Below, one piece after another: positions 44,914 to 54,567 of a DNA stretch of 60,117 nucleotides. The notes beneath the pieces are model-generated. The model saw only the letters and a program-made list of their open reading frames with translations. It was not told where the DNA came from and searched no databases. The translations under genes and the position numbers were made by a program. Each line of letters starts with the position of its first letter. The stretch's first letter is position 1. This DNA is from a virus (Duplodnaviria > Caudoviricetes), in IMG/VR virus record IMGVR_UViG_3300042310_000265, positions 1-60,117 of that record, one strand, 5' to 3'.

Positions 44914-45154
44914 GCTTTACTTTACGAGATGCGTCATGTGCAGGGTTATCGAGCAGGCGTGGGAAGACGCTTTGAATATTAAGAAGTATAAGAGCGATTA
45001 TGTTAACGAAGAGACTCAAAAGAACAGAGAGCAGGCAAGGGAGTGGTTCGCAGGGGAAGAGTTTGAGAGGTGGGGAGAGGCGTTAGGGCAGGATGTCGAT
45101 TTATATCGAGAACATTTGAAACATAAAATCTCATTGACAAACCAAGCTGGATAG
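44891..45154 (+). CDS. hypothetical protein
   Basis: Likely start ATG 44891; VIEQAWEDA...AREWF. Confidence 0.5.
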   Translation: MTQQELNELYFTRCVMCRVIEQAWEDALNIKKYKSDYVNEETQKNREQAREWFAGEEFERWGEALGQDVDLYREHLKHKISLTNQAG

Positions 45155-45172
45155 GAATTTAAATTAAGCCTT

Positions 45173-45331
45173 ATGAAATCTGATTATCACGACGACCCTG
45201 AAGGTTATTGGCAAGAGAAGAAAGAGCGCGAAGAGGCAGACGGCAAAGAGCGTCTGGATCGATGGGAGAAACAGAATCCCAATCTTCCGTATGGCTACAA
45301 TGTGCATCAATACAAAGGAGGAGAGGAATGA
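45173..45331 (+). CDS. small hypothetical protein; not in ORF track
   Basis: MKSDYHDDPEGYW...; downstream of TTGACA at 45134; ATGA overlap. Confidence 0.45.
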   Translation: MKSDYHDDPEGYWQEKKEREEADGKERLDRWEKQNPNLPYGYNVHQYKGGEE

Positions 45332-45558
45332 GTCACGAAATCCGAACGCTAAAGATTGGAGTGTGCCGTAAAGGTTATCAAATATTTGACGATTCCATGA
45401 CAGAGATCGAGATCATCGATGAAGCGGCAGGCGAGTTCCTGAAGATATCGCAATGTAGCGAGCATAGCGAAGGATCGATCCAAATTGAAAAGGAGGAATG
45501 GACGACACTAAAGGCGGCGATTGATAAAATGTTTAAGGAGTGCAGGAATTATGAGTGA
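45328..45558 (+). CDS. conserved phage hypothetical protein
   Basis: Start moved to ATG 45328; TEIEIIDEAAGEF...EEW. Confidence 0.6.
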   Translation: MSHEIRTLKIGVCRKGYQIFDDSMTEIEIIDEAAGEFLKISQCSEHSEGSIQIEKEEWTTLKAAIDKMFKECRNYE

Positions 45559-45838
45559 CACACCGCAAACCGACGATCTTTCCAGAGGCAACCATTTTGT
45601 TCCTACCGAGTGGTCCGAGCGACTTGAGCGCGAGCGCGACAAGACACGGGCTGAATTAGAAATGTGGCGAGACGGAAACATACTCCACGAAGTCCATCGA
45701 AATGAGTTGGAAAAAGTAGAGTGCGAGCGCGACGAGGCGCGGGAGATCATCCGAATGGCAAAAGCTAAATTCTGCGAAGAAGGATCAGATGGGAATATAG
45801 CATCTGAAATGTTTTCTATATTGAGCGGAGGAAAATGA
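45551..45838 (+). CDS. coiled-coil phage protein
   Basis: MSDTPQTD...RLERERD...ERDEAR. Confidence 0.6.
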   Translation: MSDTPQTDDLSRGNHFVPTEWSERLERERDKTRAELEMWRDGNILHEVHRNELEKVECERDEAREIIRMAKAKFCEEGSDGNIASEMFSILSGGK

Positions 45839-46047
45839 AATCATACATCGTCAACTACGAATCTCCGAATAACATATTTAAAGGTGAATTGTGTATCTTT
45901 GCAAAAGACCATAAGGATGCGATGTCAAAAGCATTCGACTGGGTGAAAACAAAGGAAGTCTGGAATCATCTATGGAAAATAAATTTTGCGATTCGCGAGG
46001 TTGAGATGGATTTAATCAATGCCTTTCCATTCACTAAACAAAAATGA
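45835..46047 (+). CDS. hypothetical protein
   Basis: ATGA-coupled 70-aa ORF. Confidence 0.5.
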   Translation: MKSYIVNYESPNNIFKGELCIFAKDHKDAMSKAFDWVKTKEVWNHLWKINFAIREVEMDLINAFPFTKQK

Positions 46048-46214
46048 AAGCCAAAGACTATCCAAACTGGGCTTGCGAAGAGTGCGGCAAGAAGCACGGC
46101 AGGGGCAGGAAGAGCGTTTCGACATGGCACTATGGGAAATGTGATGTTTGCGGGAAGAATAAGAGTGTGACCGAGCCTAGAGATTTTGGTCACTTTAAAA
46201 AATGGTTTAAATGA
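46044..46214 (+). CDS. small zinc-finger protein; not in ORF track
   Basis: CEECG...TWHYGKCDVCG...VTEPRDFG. Confidence 0.6.
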   Translation: MKAKDYPNWACEECGKKHGRGRKSVSTWHYGKCDVCGKNKSVTEPRDFGHFKKWFK

Positions 46215-46515
46215 AATCTGGCAAATGGACGATTCGCATTAGCGATGGGTATTGCAATTATGAGTATGAATTGCAAGCAACGAATCCAGATGTTGCTATT
46301 TACGATGTGGTAAAACTAGTTGCAAAGAAGCTGAAAGCTGAATTAAAAGAAGGAAAATTGATTAATGAACGACCTGCAAAAGTACATTGAGGAGAGTTGG
46401 AGCGATGAAGTTAAGACGATGAACGATTTACAAGATCGTGGAATTGTTAGCGACAACGCATTAATGGCAAAAGATGTATGTGCAGATGACGCAAAAAAAG
46501 CAGTTAAATTCCTGA

Positions 46516-46749
46516 ATGAACATCCTCCAAAAAGCATCTAATTTTGCAAAGAGCGCAACAGCATTTGTGCTGGCTGGAATGCCGTGTTGTGAGGAGAAGG
46601 AAATTGCTAGGAGGCTACGCATTTGCGCGGATTGCCCGAACTTTGATGTGACAGCATATAGTGGTGCTGGAGAGTGCAAAGTCTGCGGGTGCAACATGGA
46701 AATCAAGACTGTTATGGCAACCGAGAGTTGTCCTGAAGGAAAATGGTAG
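46516..46749 (+). CDS. cysteine-rich protein
   Basis: RLRICADCP...CKVCGC...CPEGKW. Confidence 0.65.
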   Translation: MNILQKASNFAKSATAFVLAGMPCCEEKEIARRLRICADCPNFDVTAYSGAGECKVCGCNMEIKTVMATESCPEGKW

Positions 46750-48599
46750 AATCAGTAAGACAAGTATTAGCGATTGCCGAAGCGGTAAGGGCAGAAGCGG
46801 ATCGAGATGACCGCATGGGAATTCTGTATGCGGCAAAGTACATTCTGGCGAATGTCGCGACTGGGGGGGTTTCTTCTAATTTGGTAATCGATGAGAAGGT
46901 GGCGAATAGCATTGTTATGCAGTTTGTGCAGAGTTTGCTAGAGGAAGATCATTTCGAGGCGGCGGCGACTGTGCTATGGGGACCGGGGGTCTACGACTGG
47001 CGACCCCAATCAGCACAGGATACATGGCGTTGCTTATTCGATTACGATAAACTACTTGTGCAGGGTGCTGGCGCGATGGGGAAAACTTTCAACGCCGCCG
47101 CATGGTTTCTTCTCGACTGGATGCGCGATCCAGAATACACTTGTATTAAGGTGGTTTCGCTTACCGAAGCACACGCTCAACGAAATGTGTTTGCGGCGAT
47201 TAAAACATTTTATCGCACAGCATTGGTCAAGCCAGAATACAAAGGCGAATCTGATCTTGTTAAGTCGATTCAGGTCAACGACGATGACAAGAATGGAATC
47301 CATCTTGTTGCTATTCCAAAAGGTGATGCAGGGACAGGAACGCTTCGCGGATTCCACCCTTCTCCGAGGGTTAAGCCGCATCCGAAATATGGCTCGATGT
47401 CGAGAACCCATGTGGTGTTGGACGAAGCGGAAGAGATTCCACCGGGCGTCTGGGAAGGTCTGCAAAACATCTTGTCTGCCGCCGATACGAAGTCGAGTAA
47501 GGGACGCATCAAGATTTTCGGCGCATCAAACCCGAAGGATCGCAATAGCGAATTTGGCAAACGATGCGAACCTGCTGGCGGATGGTTGAAGGTAGACTGC
47601 GAAGAAGATTTTGAATGGGAGAGCAGGGAAGACTGGCACATTCTGCGACTCGACGCCGCGAGGTGCGAGAATGTGATTGAAAAGAAAATAATTTTCCCCG
47701 GCTTTCAGTCCTACGAGGGTTACATGGCATACGAGGCGCGAGGAAAGACTGCCGAGTATTATACGATGGCAAGGGGGTTTTTCCCACAGGAGGGCATCGC
47801 AATGGCAATCATCACTCCAAGTATGATGGACAACGCAATGGGCGTTGTGCGGTTTATTGGACCTGTAGTGCCGCTCTGTGCGTTCGATCTGGCGTTGGAA
47901 GGCAAAGATCAAGTTGTGTGTAGCTACGGCAGATTCGGGCTTTCTGACGGATTTACACCTCTAGACGGCAAGTTTCGAGAATTTAAATCGCCAAAGACAG
48001 TATTGCAGTTGGATTCGCTAATTAATTTCCCTAAAAAGACAACGCTAGATCAGGCTAATGCGATTATCAATTTCTGTAAACAGATGAGGATCGGCCCGAA
48101 TTGGCTATGCGTTGATCGAACTGGAAATGGATCAGGCATCCACGATGCGTTGTGCAGTCTATTCGGTAATGAAGCGATGGGAGTTAATTATAGCTGGGCG
48201 GCATCTGAAACTCATGTACTAGGCGACGATTCGCAGAGAGCAAACGAACTTTATTCTGGAGTTGTCACAGAATTAATTTTTGGATTGGCAAAATATTTAG
48301 AGTTTGAGTTTCTAAAAATTTCGCCTTCGTTCCGAACAGAAGAATTGGTTCGTCAGGCAACCTCCCGCAGATACAAGCAAGTTGGGCAGGGACTAGTAAG
48401 AGTTGAGAGTAAAGGTGATTATACAAAGCGCACAAGGCAGAATAGTCCTGACCAACTCGATTCGTTATCCTTGTTAGTTTACTTGATGCGTCAACGAGGT
48501 GGATCGATAGCAACAATGACAGAGCAAAAAAAACAAGAACATTTTGAAAAAAAACTTCCCATATTAGAGTCAATGGAATATGTTGACTTTTCCGAATAA
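46743..48599 (+). CDS. terL: terminase large subunit
   Basis: Walker A GAGAMGKT, Walker B VVLDEAE, coupling motif ASNP, nuclease AFDLALEGKD and SPDQLD. Confidence 0.85.
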   Translation: MVESVRQVLAIAEAVRAEADRDDRMGILYAAKYILANVATGGVSSNLVIDEKVANSIVMQFVQSLLEEDHFEAAATVLWGPGVYDWRPQSAQDTWRCLFDYDKLLVQGAGAMGKTFNAAAWFLLDWMRDPEYTCIKVVSLTEAHAQRNVFAAIKTFYRTALVKPEYKGESDLVKSIQVNDDDKNGIHLVAIPKGDAGTGTLRGFHPSPRVKPHPKYGSMSRTHVVLDEAEEIPPGVWEGLQNILSAADTKSSKGRIKIFGASNPKDRNSEFGKRCEPAGGWLKVDCEEDFEWESREDWHILRLDAARCENVIEKKIIFPGFQSYEGYMAYEARGKTAEYYTMARGFFPQEGIAMAIITPSMMDNAMGVVRFIGPVVPLCAFDLALEGKDQVVCSYGRFGLSDGFTPLDGKFREFKSPKTVLQLDSLINFPKKTTLDQANAIINFCKQMRIGPNWLCVDRTGNGSGIHDALCSLFGNEAMGVNYSWAASETHVLGDDSQRANELYSGVVTELIFGLAKYLEFEFLKISPSFRTEELVRQATSRRYKQVGQGLVRVESKGDYTKRTRQNSPDQLDSLSLLVYLMRQRGGSIATMTEQKKQEHFEKKLPILESMEYVDFSE

Positions 48600-48617
48600 A
48601 TTTATATGAAATAAGCA

Positions 48618-49196
48618 ATGGCAAGACCTATTGATGGATTAATACCTCCCGGCGGATGGCATTACTTTCAAAGTGATGTAAAGTTAGAGGCTTATTCGTT
48701 AAGCAACCTATATGAAGTTGTTCAGCATTATCGTGCAGAGAATCATCTACCTATTGGCGATGTTCATGGTGATGTTAATTCTTATATCTGCGGTAACTTT
48801 CCTAACAATTGTCATGGTGTTGATTCGGTTGTTGTTGTTTCTGTGGACTCTCCTAATCGACAAAGCGAACTGCTTAATGACATCACTATATGGGCGAAGA
48901 ATATACTTTTGAGTCAGAAGCAAGTCAGGTTAGTATCTGATGAACTAGCTGAAGCTAGGGCGAGAACTTGTTTGCAATGTCCTAAAAATATTCAATATCG
49001 AAGTGGATGCCATAGTTGCATTGCCGCTTCAGATCGTTTGACTGCAAGCATTAGGCAGGGTAGAGATACACATTCGACAAAAAAATTAAAGGGTTGTAGT
49101 GTCATGCGGCACGATAACCGAGCGGCAGTCTTTTTTGACAAATCGCATTTTGATGTAACAGATTCAGTTCCGCAAAATTGCTGGATAAAAATTTAA
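48618..49196 (+). CDS. cysteine-rich hypothetical protein
   Basis: Several Cys pairs (CLQCP, CHSC); between terL and portal. Confidence 0.6.
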   Translation: MARPIDGLIPPGGWHYFQSDVKLEAYSLSNLYEVVQHYRAENHLPIGDVHGDVNSYICGNFPNNCHGVDSVVVVSVDSPNRQSELLNDITIWAKNILLSQKQVRLVSDELAEARARTCLQCPKNIQYRSGCHSCIAASDRLTASIRQGRDTHSTKKLKGCSVMRHDNRAAVFFDKSHFDVTDSVPQNCWIKI

Positions 49197-49197
49197 T

Positions 49198-51615
49198 ATG
49201 GCAAACTTTCTTGAACCACTAGAAGCGCAGGTTATTAACACTTTTGCGACTAAAGCACCTCGGACTTTGGAAGCTGGGGATAAAAATAATAGATCGCAAC
49301 TCAATGTTGTGATGCCGGGGGTCAACCAGACCGACGAGGTTGTTAATGACGAGACGCTAGAAGTTAAACGCACATTCCGTAATACCGAGCAGGCTTATAG
49401 TTCGTACCGCAGGTTGAAACAACAGAATGTTGAGCGGAATCGAAAGAATGCACTCATCCAAAAGAAACTTAACAACGAGCCTCCATACGCTCCAAAAAAA
49501 CTGGAATCTATGGGGCAGAACTGGAGGTCGAATCGTCCTACAGGTTTCCTGTCCACGATGGTTAGCCGCATCCAGCCTCCTTTCAAGCAGGTTGTAGAGT
49601 CAAGCACCTATGTTACCTTTACCAAACATCCCGGCAAAGGGGTAGATGCGGAACACAAAACTAATATTTTCCGAGAGGAGATTACAAAATGCATTCGCGG
49701 GTGGTCTGGGCATGACGATATCGTTGCACAGGTAGTTCACGAAAACACTACATTTGGATTTGCCGCACTTTGCTGGGACGATCCTCGCGACTGGAAACCA
49801 GAATTTTTGCGGCAAGATTATACATTTTTCTCTATTGAAACCCCGCAAGAAGTAGAAGCAACTCCAATCTGGGCGCGGAAACGCCGATACCAGATTAGTG
49901 AACTTCTTCCGATTCTTGAAGACCCGCAGACCTCTAGTCTTGCTGGTTGGAATATCAAAAATCTCATCAAAGCGATTAACAATGCCACTCCCGCAGGCAG
50001 AACTTTGGATTCTGACGACGATGCTCGCCGAATTGAAGACTGGATTCGCGAAGGAAGCTATGGAGCCAGCTACGAAAACGATGCCAAGTATGTTGAGTTG
50101 GGTGAACTTTTAGTAAAAGAACCGCACGGCAAGATTAGCCGATTTTTGTTCGATGATAAATCTGGAAACGAAATCTGCACTCAACTTGATCGCTATTCGC
50201 GAATGTCGGATTGCTTGGCATTGTTTAGTGTTGAAATCGGTTCTGGATCGCTGATGTCTAGCCGTGGGGCGGGGCGCGACCTTTACAATTCGCATATCGC
50301 CATCGATAAGGCGCGAAATCTTGTGCAGGACAATGTGTATCTCAAGGGAATGTTGTTGCTGAAGAAGACCGCAACAGCAAAACCCGGCATCGCACCTCTG
50401 ACAGTCATGCATCCTGTGGCTTATGTAGCCGAAGGATACGAGGTAGTTCCGCAGTCTGCCCCAGCAGATGTTGATGATTTCTTAAAATTAGATCAATTCA
50501 TTTCTGGTTTGGCAGAAATTCAGCTTGGAACCTTTCTTCCATCGTCCGCTTTAGGTCTACAGACGGGTGATAAGACCGCATCCGAGATCAACAGGGTAGC
50601 GGCAATCGAAAATCAGATTCGCGAAGGAATTTTAATGCGTTGGAGCAAGCAATACTCCGAGGCAGTTGCCCGAATGCAACGAGGGATTTGCCATCCAGAG
50701 CATATTAAAGCGGCATCTGAACTCAAAATGTTGCTGGATGTGGCACGAATGACGAATCAGGACGCAATTTGGGCGCGAAAAGAGGTTGTAGAAGCCTTCC
50801 AGCAGTCCGAATTTGATATGCCTCCGTTTTTAGTGCCTTTTGACCTTCCATCGCACCTCGACGAAGACGCAGTTTCGTGTTGCTTGGCAATGATGGAGCG
50901 CAATTTGCCGCCTAGCGACATTATTATGATGGCATTCGCCCCTGCACAGGAGTTAATCCCTGATAATGCCGCTCAAGAAGGTGCAATTCTTGATCTTCTG
51001 ATCCAAAGGTATAGCGGAAACCCTGCTATCAACCAAGATGAGTTGATTAAGCTTGATTGGAGTAAGAAAATGGGACAAGAACTAGCAAATCAGGTAATTC
51101 TTCCAAGAGATCAAGTTGAAGCAGTTGCAATCGAGGCAACTCGCGCCCAAATCATCGAATTGCAGAGCATTATTGCTGGTCAAGAAGTGCCTGTATCACC
51201 TCGCGACAACGATATGATCCATTTGGAGACTCTTGTTGCCAAACTGATGCCAGTTATCGCAAGTGCGCCACAAGGCGGATTACCACCTGAAATGGTTGGT
51301 CCGTTTGCCAAGGCACTTGAGCATTTCATCACCCATCTCAATCAAGCGGAGATGAAGGGCGCAGATCGCAATAAAATCGCCGAATACAAGCAGATGGTGC
51401 AAGAGGCTTACAAGCATCTAACCGCAGGGATGCAAGCACCACCAATGGATCAAATGATGCCTGCCGCAGGCGCAGGAATGCCTTCAGGAGGCGGTGGGGG
51501 CGGTGGGCGAGTTAGTGCCGCACAAGCACAGCAGGCGACTGAAGCTATCGCGCCAGATCAATTTTCGGGAGTTAATTCAATTGCCGCTCCCGGCAAACCA
51601 CCAACAGCAGGATAA
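49198..51615 (+). CDS. portal protein
   Basis: 805 aa after terL; KTASEIN motif typical of podoviral portals; Q/P/G-rich tail. Confidence 0.7.
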   Translation: MANFLEPLEAQVINTFATKAPRTLEAGDKNNRSQLNVVMPGVNQTDEVVNDETLEVKRTFRNTEQAYSSYRRLKQQNVERNRKNALIQKKLNNEPPYAPKKLESMGQNWRSNRPTGFLSTMVSRIQPPFKQVVESSTYVTFTKHPGKGVDAEHKTNIFREEITKCIRGWSGHDDIVAQVVHENTTFGFAALCWDDPRDWKPEFLRQDYTFFSIETPQEVEATPIWARKRRYQISELLPILEDPQTSSLAGWNIKNLIKAINNATPAGRTLDSDDDARRIEDWIREGSYGASYENDAKYVELGELLVKEPHGKISRFLFDDKSGNEICTQLDRYSRMSDCLALFSVEIGSGSLMSSRGAGRDLYNSHIAIDKARNLVQDNVYLKGMLLLKKTATAKPGIAPLTVMHPVAYVAEGYEVVPQSAPADVDDFLKLDQFISGLAEIQLGTFLPSSALGLQTGDKTASEINRVAAIENQIREGILMRWSKQYSEAVARMQRGICHPEHIKAASELKMLLDVARMTNQDAIWARKEVVEAFQQSEFDMPPFLVPFDLPSHLDEDAVSCCLAMMERNLPPSDIIMMAFAPAQELIPDNAAQEGAILDLLIQRYSGNPAINQDELIKLDWSKKMGQELANQVILPRDQVEAVAIEATRAQIIELQSIIAGQEVPVSPRDNDMIHLETLVAKLMPVIASAPQGGLPPEMVGPFAKALEHFITHLNQAEMKGADRNKIAEYKQMVQEAYKHLTAGMQAPPMDQMMPAAGAGMPSGGGGGGGRVSAAQAQQATEAIAPDQFSGVNSIAAPGKPPTAG

Positions 51616-52358
51616 TGGACAAGTATCCAGTAATAGAAGCAAGTGAATCTGGAATACCTGATGAATGGTTTAAATCTAATCCAGATGTTGCTGGCATGGC
51701 ATGGGGAGCAGGATTAAATGGATCATCAAAAGAAACTCCAAGATCAATAATTATTAATCCTTATACAAAAAATTTAAAGAATAATAATGCAAAAAAAGCA
51801 TTGATAGAAAATGAAAGTATAAGGCACTTGATGGATGAAACAAAATGGAGTGGTAACTTTACAATAACAAAAGAACAAAAAGAATGGGCTAAAAAATTAG
51901 GAAGCTATAAAGATAACCCAGAGATGTTGAAGCAAACAATAGTTGCAAGAATGGCAACTGGAGATTTTGTTCCGAATCCAACAAAAAAACAAATTGAAGC
52001 TACCAAAAAATTAAAACAAACAAAAATTATGCCAGACAAAACTAAAAAAGAAATGAAGAAGAGCGGAGTCAAAAGTGATGCCGATCTTAAAATGGATAAA
52101 AAAACTGGATTAGGTTCCACATCCGAAAAAGAGCAAGAGATCGAAGACTTGCTTTCCGAAGAAGAGGCACTTGCAAAAAATTACGAGCGCATTGAAAAGC
52201 AAGGCATGAGTGACCAAGGCATTGTTAGTCCGAAGGAACTTAAAGAATTCGGAAAAGATGTCTACAAAGGCGCAAAAGCTGGCGTGAAAAAAGTTGCTAA
52301 AGGTGCTGTTGAGGCCGCGAAAGCAGGCGTTAAAAAAGTGAAAGAGTATATGGACTAA
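51615..52358 (+). CDS. hypothetical protein (apparent two-part fusion)
   Basis: AT-rich 5' half; internal ATG at 52029 begins a K/E-rich half. Confidence 0.5.
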   Translation: MDKYPVIEASESGIPDEWFKSNPDVAGMAWGAGLNGSSKETPRSIIINPYTKNLKNNNAKKALIENESIRHLMDETKWSGNFTITKEQKEWAKKLGSYKDNPEMLKQTIVARMATGDFVPNPTKKQIEATKKLKQTKIMPDKTKKEMKKSGVKSDADLKMDKKTGLGSTSEKEQEIEDLLSEEEALAKNYERIEKQGMSDQGIVSPKELKEFGKDVYKGAKAGVKKVAKGAVEAAKAGVKKVKEYMD

Positions 52359-52359
52359 C

Positions 52360-52599
52360 ATGGACTGGACTAACTCTGACGCAGTAAAATTTCGCGAATA
52401 CAACAAGTCTGCTGGAGACAAGGTTAAAAAGTTTCTTTCTGCACTTGTTCCGAAGTGTGATGGCAACACAATTGAGCAGGTTGCTTTGCAGGCAAAGTAT
52501 AAGGAAGGTTACGAATTTGCTTTGTCGCAAATCGATTTTCTTTTGAACTTTGATGACAAAGAAGAAGACCCGTCTAGCGGCAAATTTACCGATATGTAA
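52360..52599 (+). CDS. small head-associated hypothetical protein
   Basis: 79 aa between portal and scaffold genes. Confidence 0.55.
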   Translation: MDWTNSDAVKFREYNKSAGDKVKKFLSALVPKCDGNTIEQVALQAKYKEGYEFALSQIDFLLNFDDKEEDPSSGKFTDM

Positions 52600-52601
52600 T
52601 T

Positions 52602-52856
52602 ATGAGTGCAGAAATTAAACCTCGCTTCAGCAAAACAATTGTAAACCCTGCCACAGGTCGAAAAAAAACAATTGAATATGGTCAGGCAGGCAAGGCAAAA
52701 GACGGGAAAGATCGCATTCGCCCCGGCACAAAAAAAGGTGACGCATATTGCGCTCGGTCTGCAAAAATCAAGGGAGATTGGAAAGACGATCCGAATAGCC
52801 CGAACAGGCTTTCTCGGAAAAAATGGAAATGCAAGGGCAGTAAATCGATGAAATAA
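52602..52856 (+). CDS. conserved basic phage protein
   Basis: YGQAG...KGDAYCARS...PNSPNRLSRKKWKC. Confidence 0.7.
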   Translation: MSAEIKPRFSKTIVNPATGRKKTIEYGQAGKAKDGKDRIRPGTKKGDAYCARSAKIKGDWKDDPNSPNRLSRKKWKCKGSKSMK

Positions 52857-52857
52857 T

Positions 52858-53145
52858 ATGGGTGGGAGTGCAACTTATAAAGGTTTTCCTACAAAACATC
52901 CATCTGTAAAAAATCCAGATGGGAGCGAAAGCAATGTGAAGCTGGGAACATTTGGAATCGATGACAGGCAGTATGTCATCCCAACAATGGTCGAAGGAAA
53001 ACAATTATCAGACAGAGATGCATTTAATACTGCAAAACAATATGGGATTGATAAATACCCATCATTCAAAACAGTATCGCAAGCAGATGAGTGGGCAAAA
53101 CGATATCATGGCAAAGTAAACGCAGAAGGTAAAATCAACTACTAA
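52858..53145 (+). CDS. hypothetical protein (MGG start)
   Basis: NPDGS...YVIPTMVEGKQLS...YPSFKT..AD pattern. Confidence 0.6.
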   Translation: MGGSATYKGFPTKHPSVKNPDGSESNVKLGTFGIDDRQYVIPTMVEGKQLSDRDAFNTAKQYGIDKYPSFKTVSQADEWAKRYHGKVNAEGKINY

Positions 53146-53172
53146 AAGTAGAAAATAGTAATAAATAAATAT

Positions 53173-54444
53173 ATGGAAAACGAAAACGAAACAATTGAAC
53201 CGAATGTAGCCTCTGGATTTGGAGAACCATCGCTTGATGCTGATCCGCTTGACCCAGATGTTGATGTAGCTTTGGATCGACTGCTTGACGAAGCAGAAGG
53301 CATTGCCGAACCAGAGCAAATTAATGAACCGATTGAAACAGAGTCTAGTGATCCTATCGAGGAAACTACTGAAGAGGTTCCTGAAATGGTTGATCCAGTA
53401 GAACGAGAATCTACTGAACAAACAGAATCGACTGAATCAACAAATGAGCCAGAGTCAGAACTTGACCCTGAAATCGCCGCAATCGAGCGTCCTCGCAATC
53501 TTTCCGAGAAAAACCAGAGTAACTGGCGCAAGTTGCAGGAGACTGCATCCAGCTACAAAAAGCAGGCTGAAGAAGCGGCACAATTGCGCCAGAGGTTAGA
53601 GGAGGCGCAACATCAAGTAAAAACTCCTGACGATTACGATGAGTTGCGCCGATTCCGAGCAATTTTCGACATCCAGAACGATCCAGAATTTCGCTCGAAA
53701 TTTGAAAAGCCTATCTCGGATGCCAAAGAGAACATCTACCGCATATTAAAGGCCAATGGAGCTTCGGACGAGGTCATTAAAAGCATCGAGGAGAATGGTG
53801 GACCTGACAAGATCGACTCCAAATGGTGGAAGACAAATGCAATTGACAAATTGCCATTGACTGAATCGGAGCGTCTGAAGCGAAACTTGGTTGATGTTGT
53901 CGAGTTAAAAGAGAAGCAACAATTTGAGATCGAGAATGCGTCAAAAAACGCCGATCAATACTATCAGCAAAAAGCGCAACAGAACGAGGAGTGGTATCAC
54001 AGCACAACTAACGAAATTGATACCTACATGGATCAGGTAACAAAGGAATTGCCTTGGGCGCGATTTAAGGAAGCACCCAGCAATGCTACTCCTGACCAGA
54101 TTCGTGAAGTTGAACAGCATAATGCGGCGGTTGGAAGTCTTGCAGAAAAGTTTAACTCTGCGCTTTGGCCGACATCCGCTCAAGATCGCGCAAATGTTGC
54201 CGCCGCCGCAGTATTTAGCCATGTGCTTACAGAGCAATTGCGTGTTGAGCAGGCATCCAAGGTTAAAATGAGTGAACAGCTCAAAAAACTTACCGAAGAG
54301 AACAATCGTTTAAAATCAGCAGGCAAACTGCCAAGGCAGAATGTTAGCTCACCAAATCGAGTGTCTAATAGCCTCGGAGATCGCTTGAAAATGTCATCTG
54401 CTGACGCAATTGACGCAGGGCTTGACGAAGCTCTCGGAGGCTAA
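53173..54444 (+). CDS. putative scaffolding protein
   Basis: Acidic disordered N-terminus, coiled-coil body, located between portal and capsid genes. Confidence 0.6.
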   Translation: MENENETIEPNVASGFGEPSLDADPLDPDVDVALDRLLDEAEGIAEPEQINEPIETESSDPIEETTEEVPEMVDPVERESTEQTESTESTNEPESELDPEIAAIERPRNLSEKNQSNWRKLQETASSYKKQAEEAAQLRQRLEEAQHQVKTPDDYDELRRFRAIFDIQNDPEFRSKFEKPISDAKENIYRILKANGASDEVIKSIEENGGPDKIDSKWWKTNAIDKLPLTESERLKRNLVDVVELKEKQQFEIENASKNADQYYQQKAQQNEEWYHSTTNEIDTYMDQVTKELPWARFKEAPSNATPDQIREVEQHNAAVGSLAEKFNSALWPTSAQDRANVAAAAVFSHVLTEQLRVEQASKVKMSEQLKKLTEENNRLKSAGKLPRQNVSSPNRVSNSLGDRLKMSSADAIDAGLDEALGG

Positions 54445-54450
54445 TTTTGA

Positions 54451-54535
54451 TGCGTAGTGGCGAAATGGCAGACGCATCGGACTTAAAATCCGATTTCGGT
54501 AAATCGAAGTGCGGGTTCAAGTCCCGCCTACGCAA
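54451..54535 (+). tRNA. tRNA-Leu(TAA)
   Basis: TGCGTAG/CTACGCA acceptor, TCGGA-CTTAAAA-TCCGA anticodon arm, long variable arm, GCGGG-TTCAAGT-CCCGC T arm, discriminator A. Confidence 0.9.
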
Positions 54536-54567
54536 TTAACATAAAAAATATTACTTAATAAATAAAT

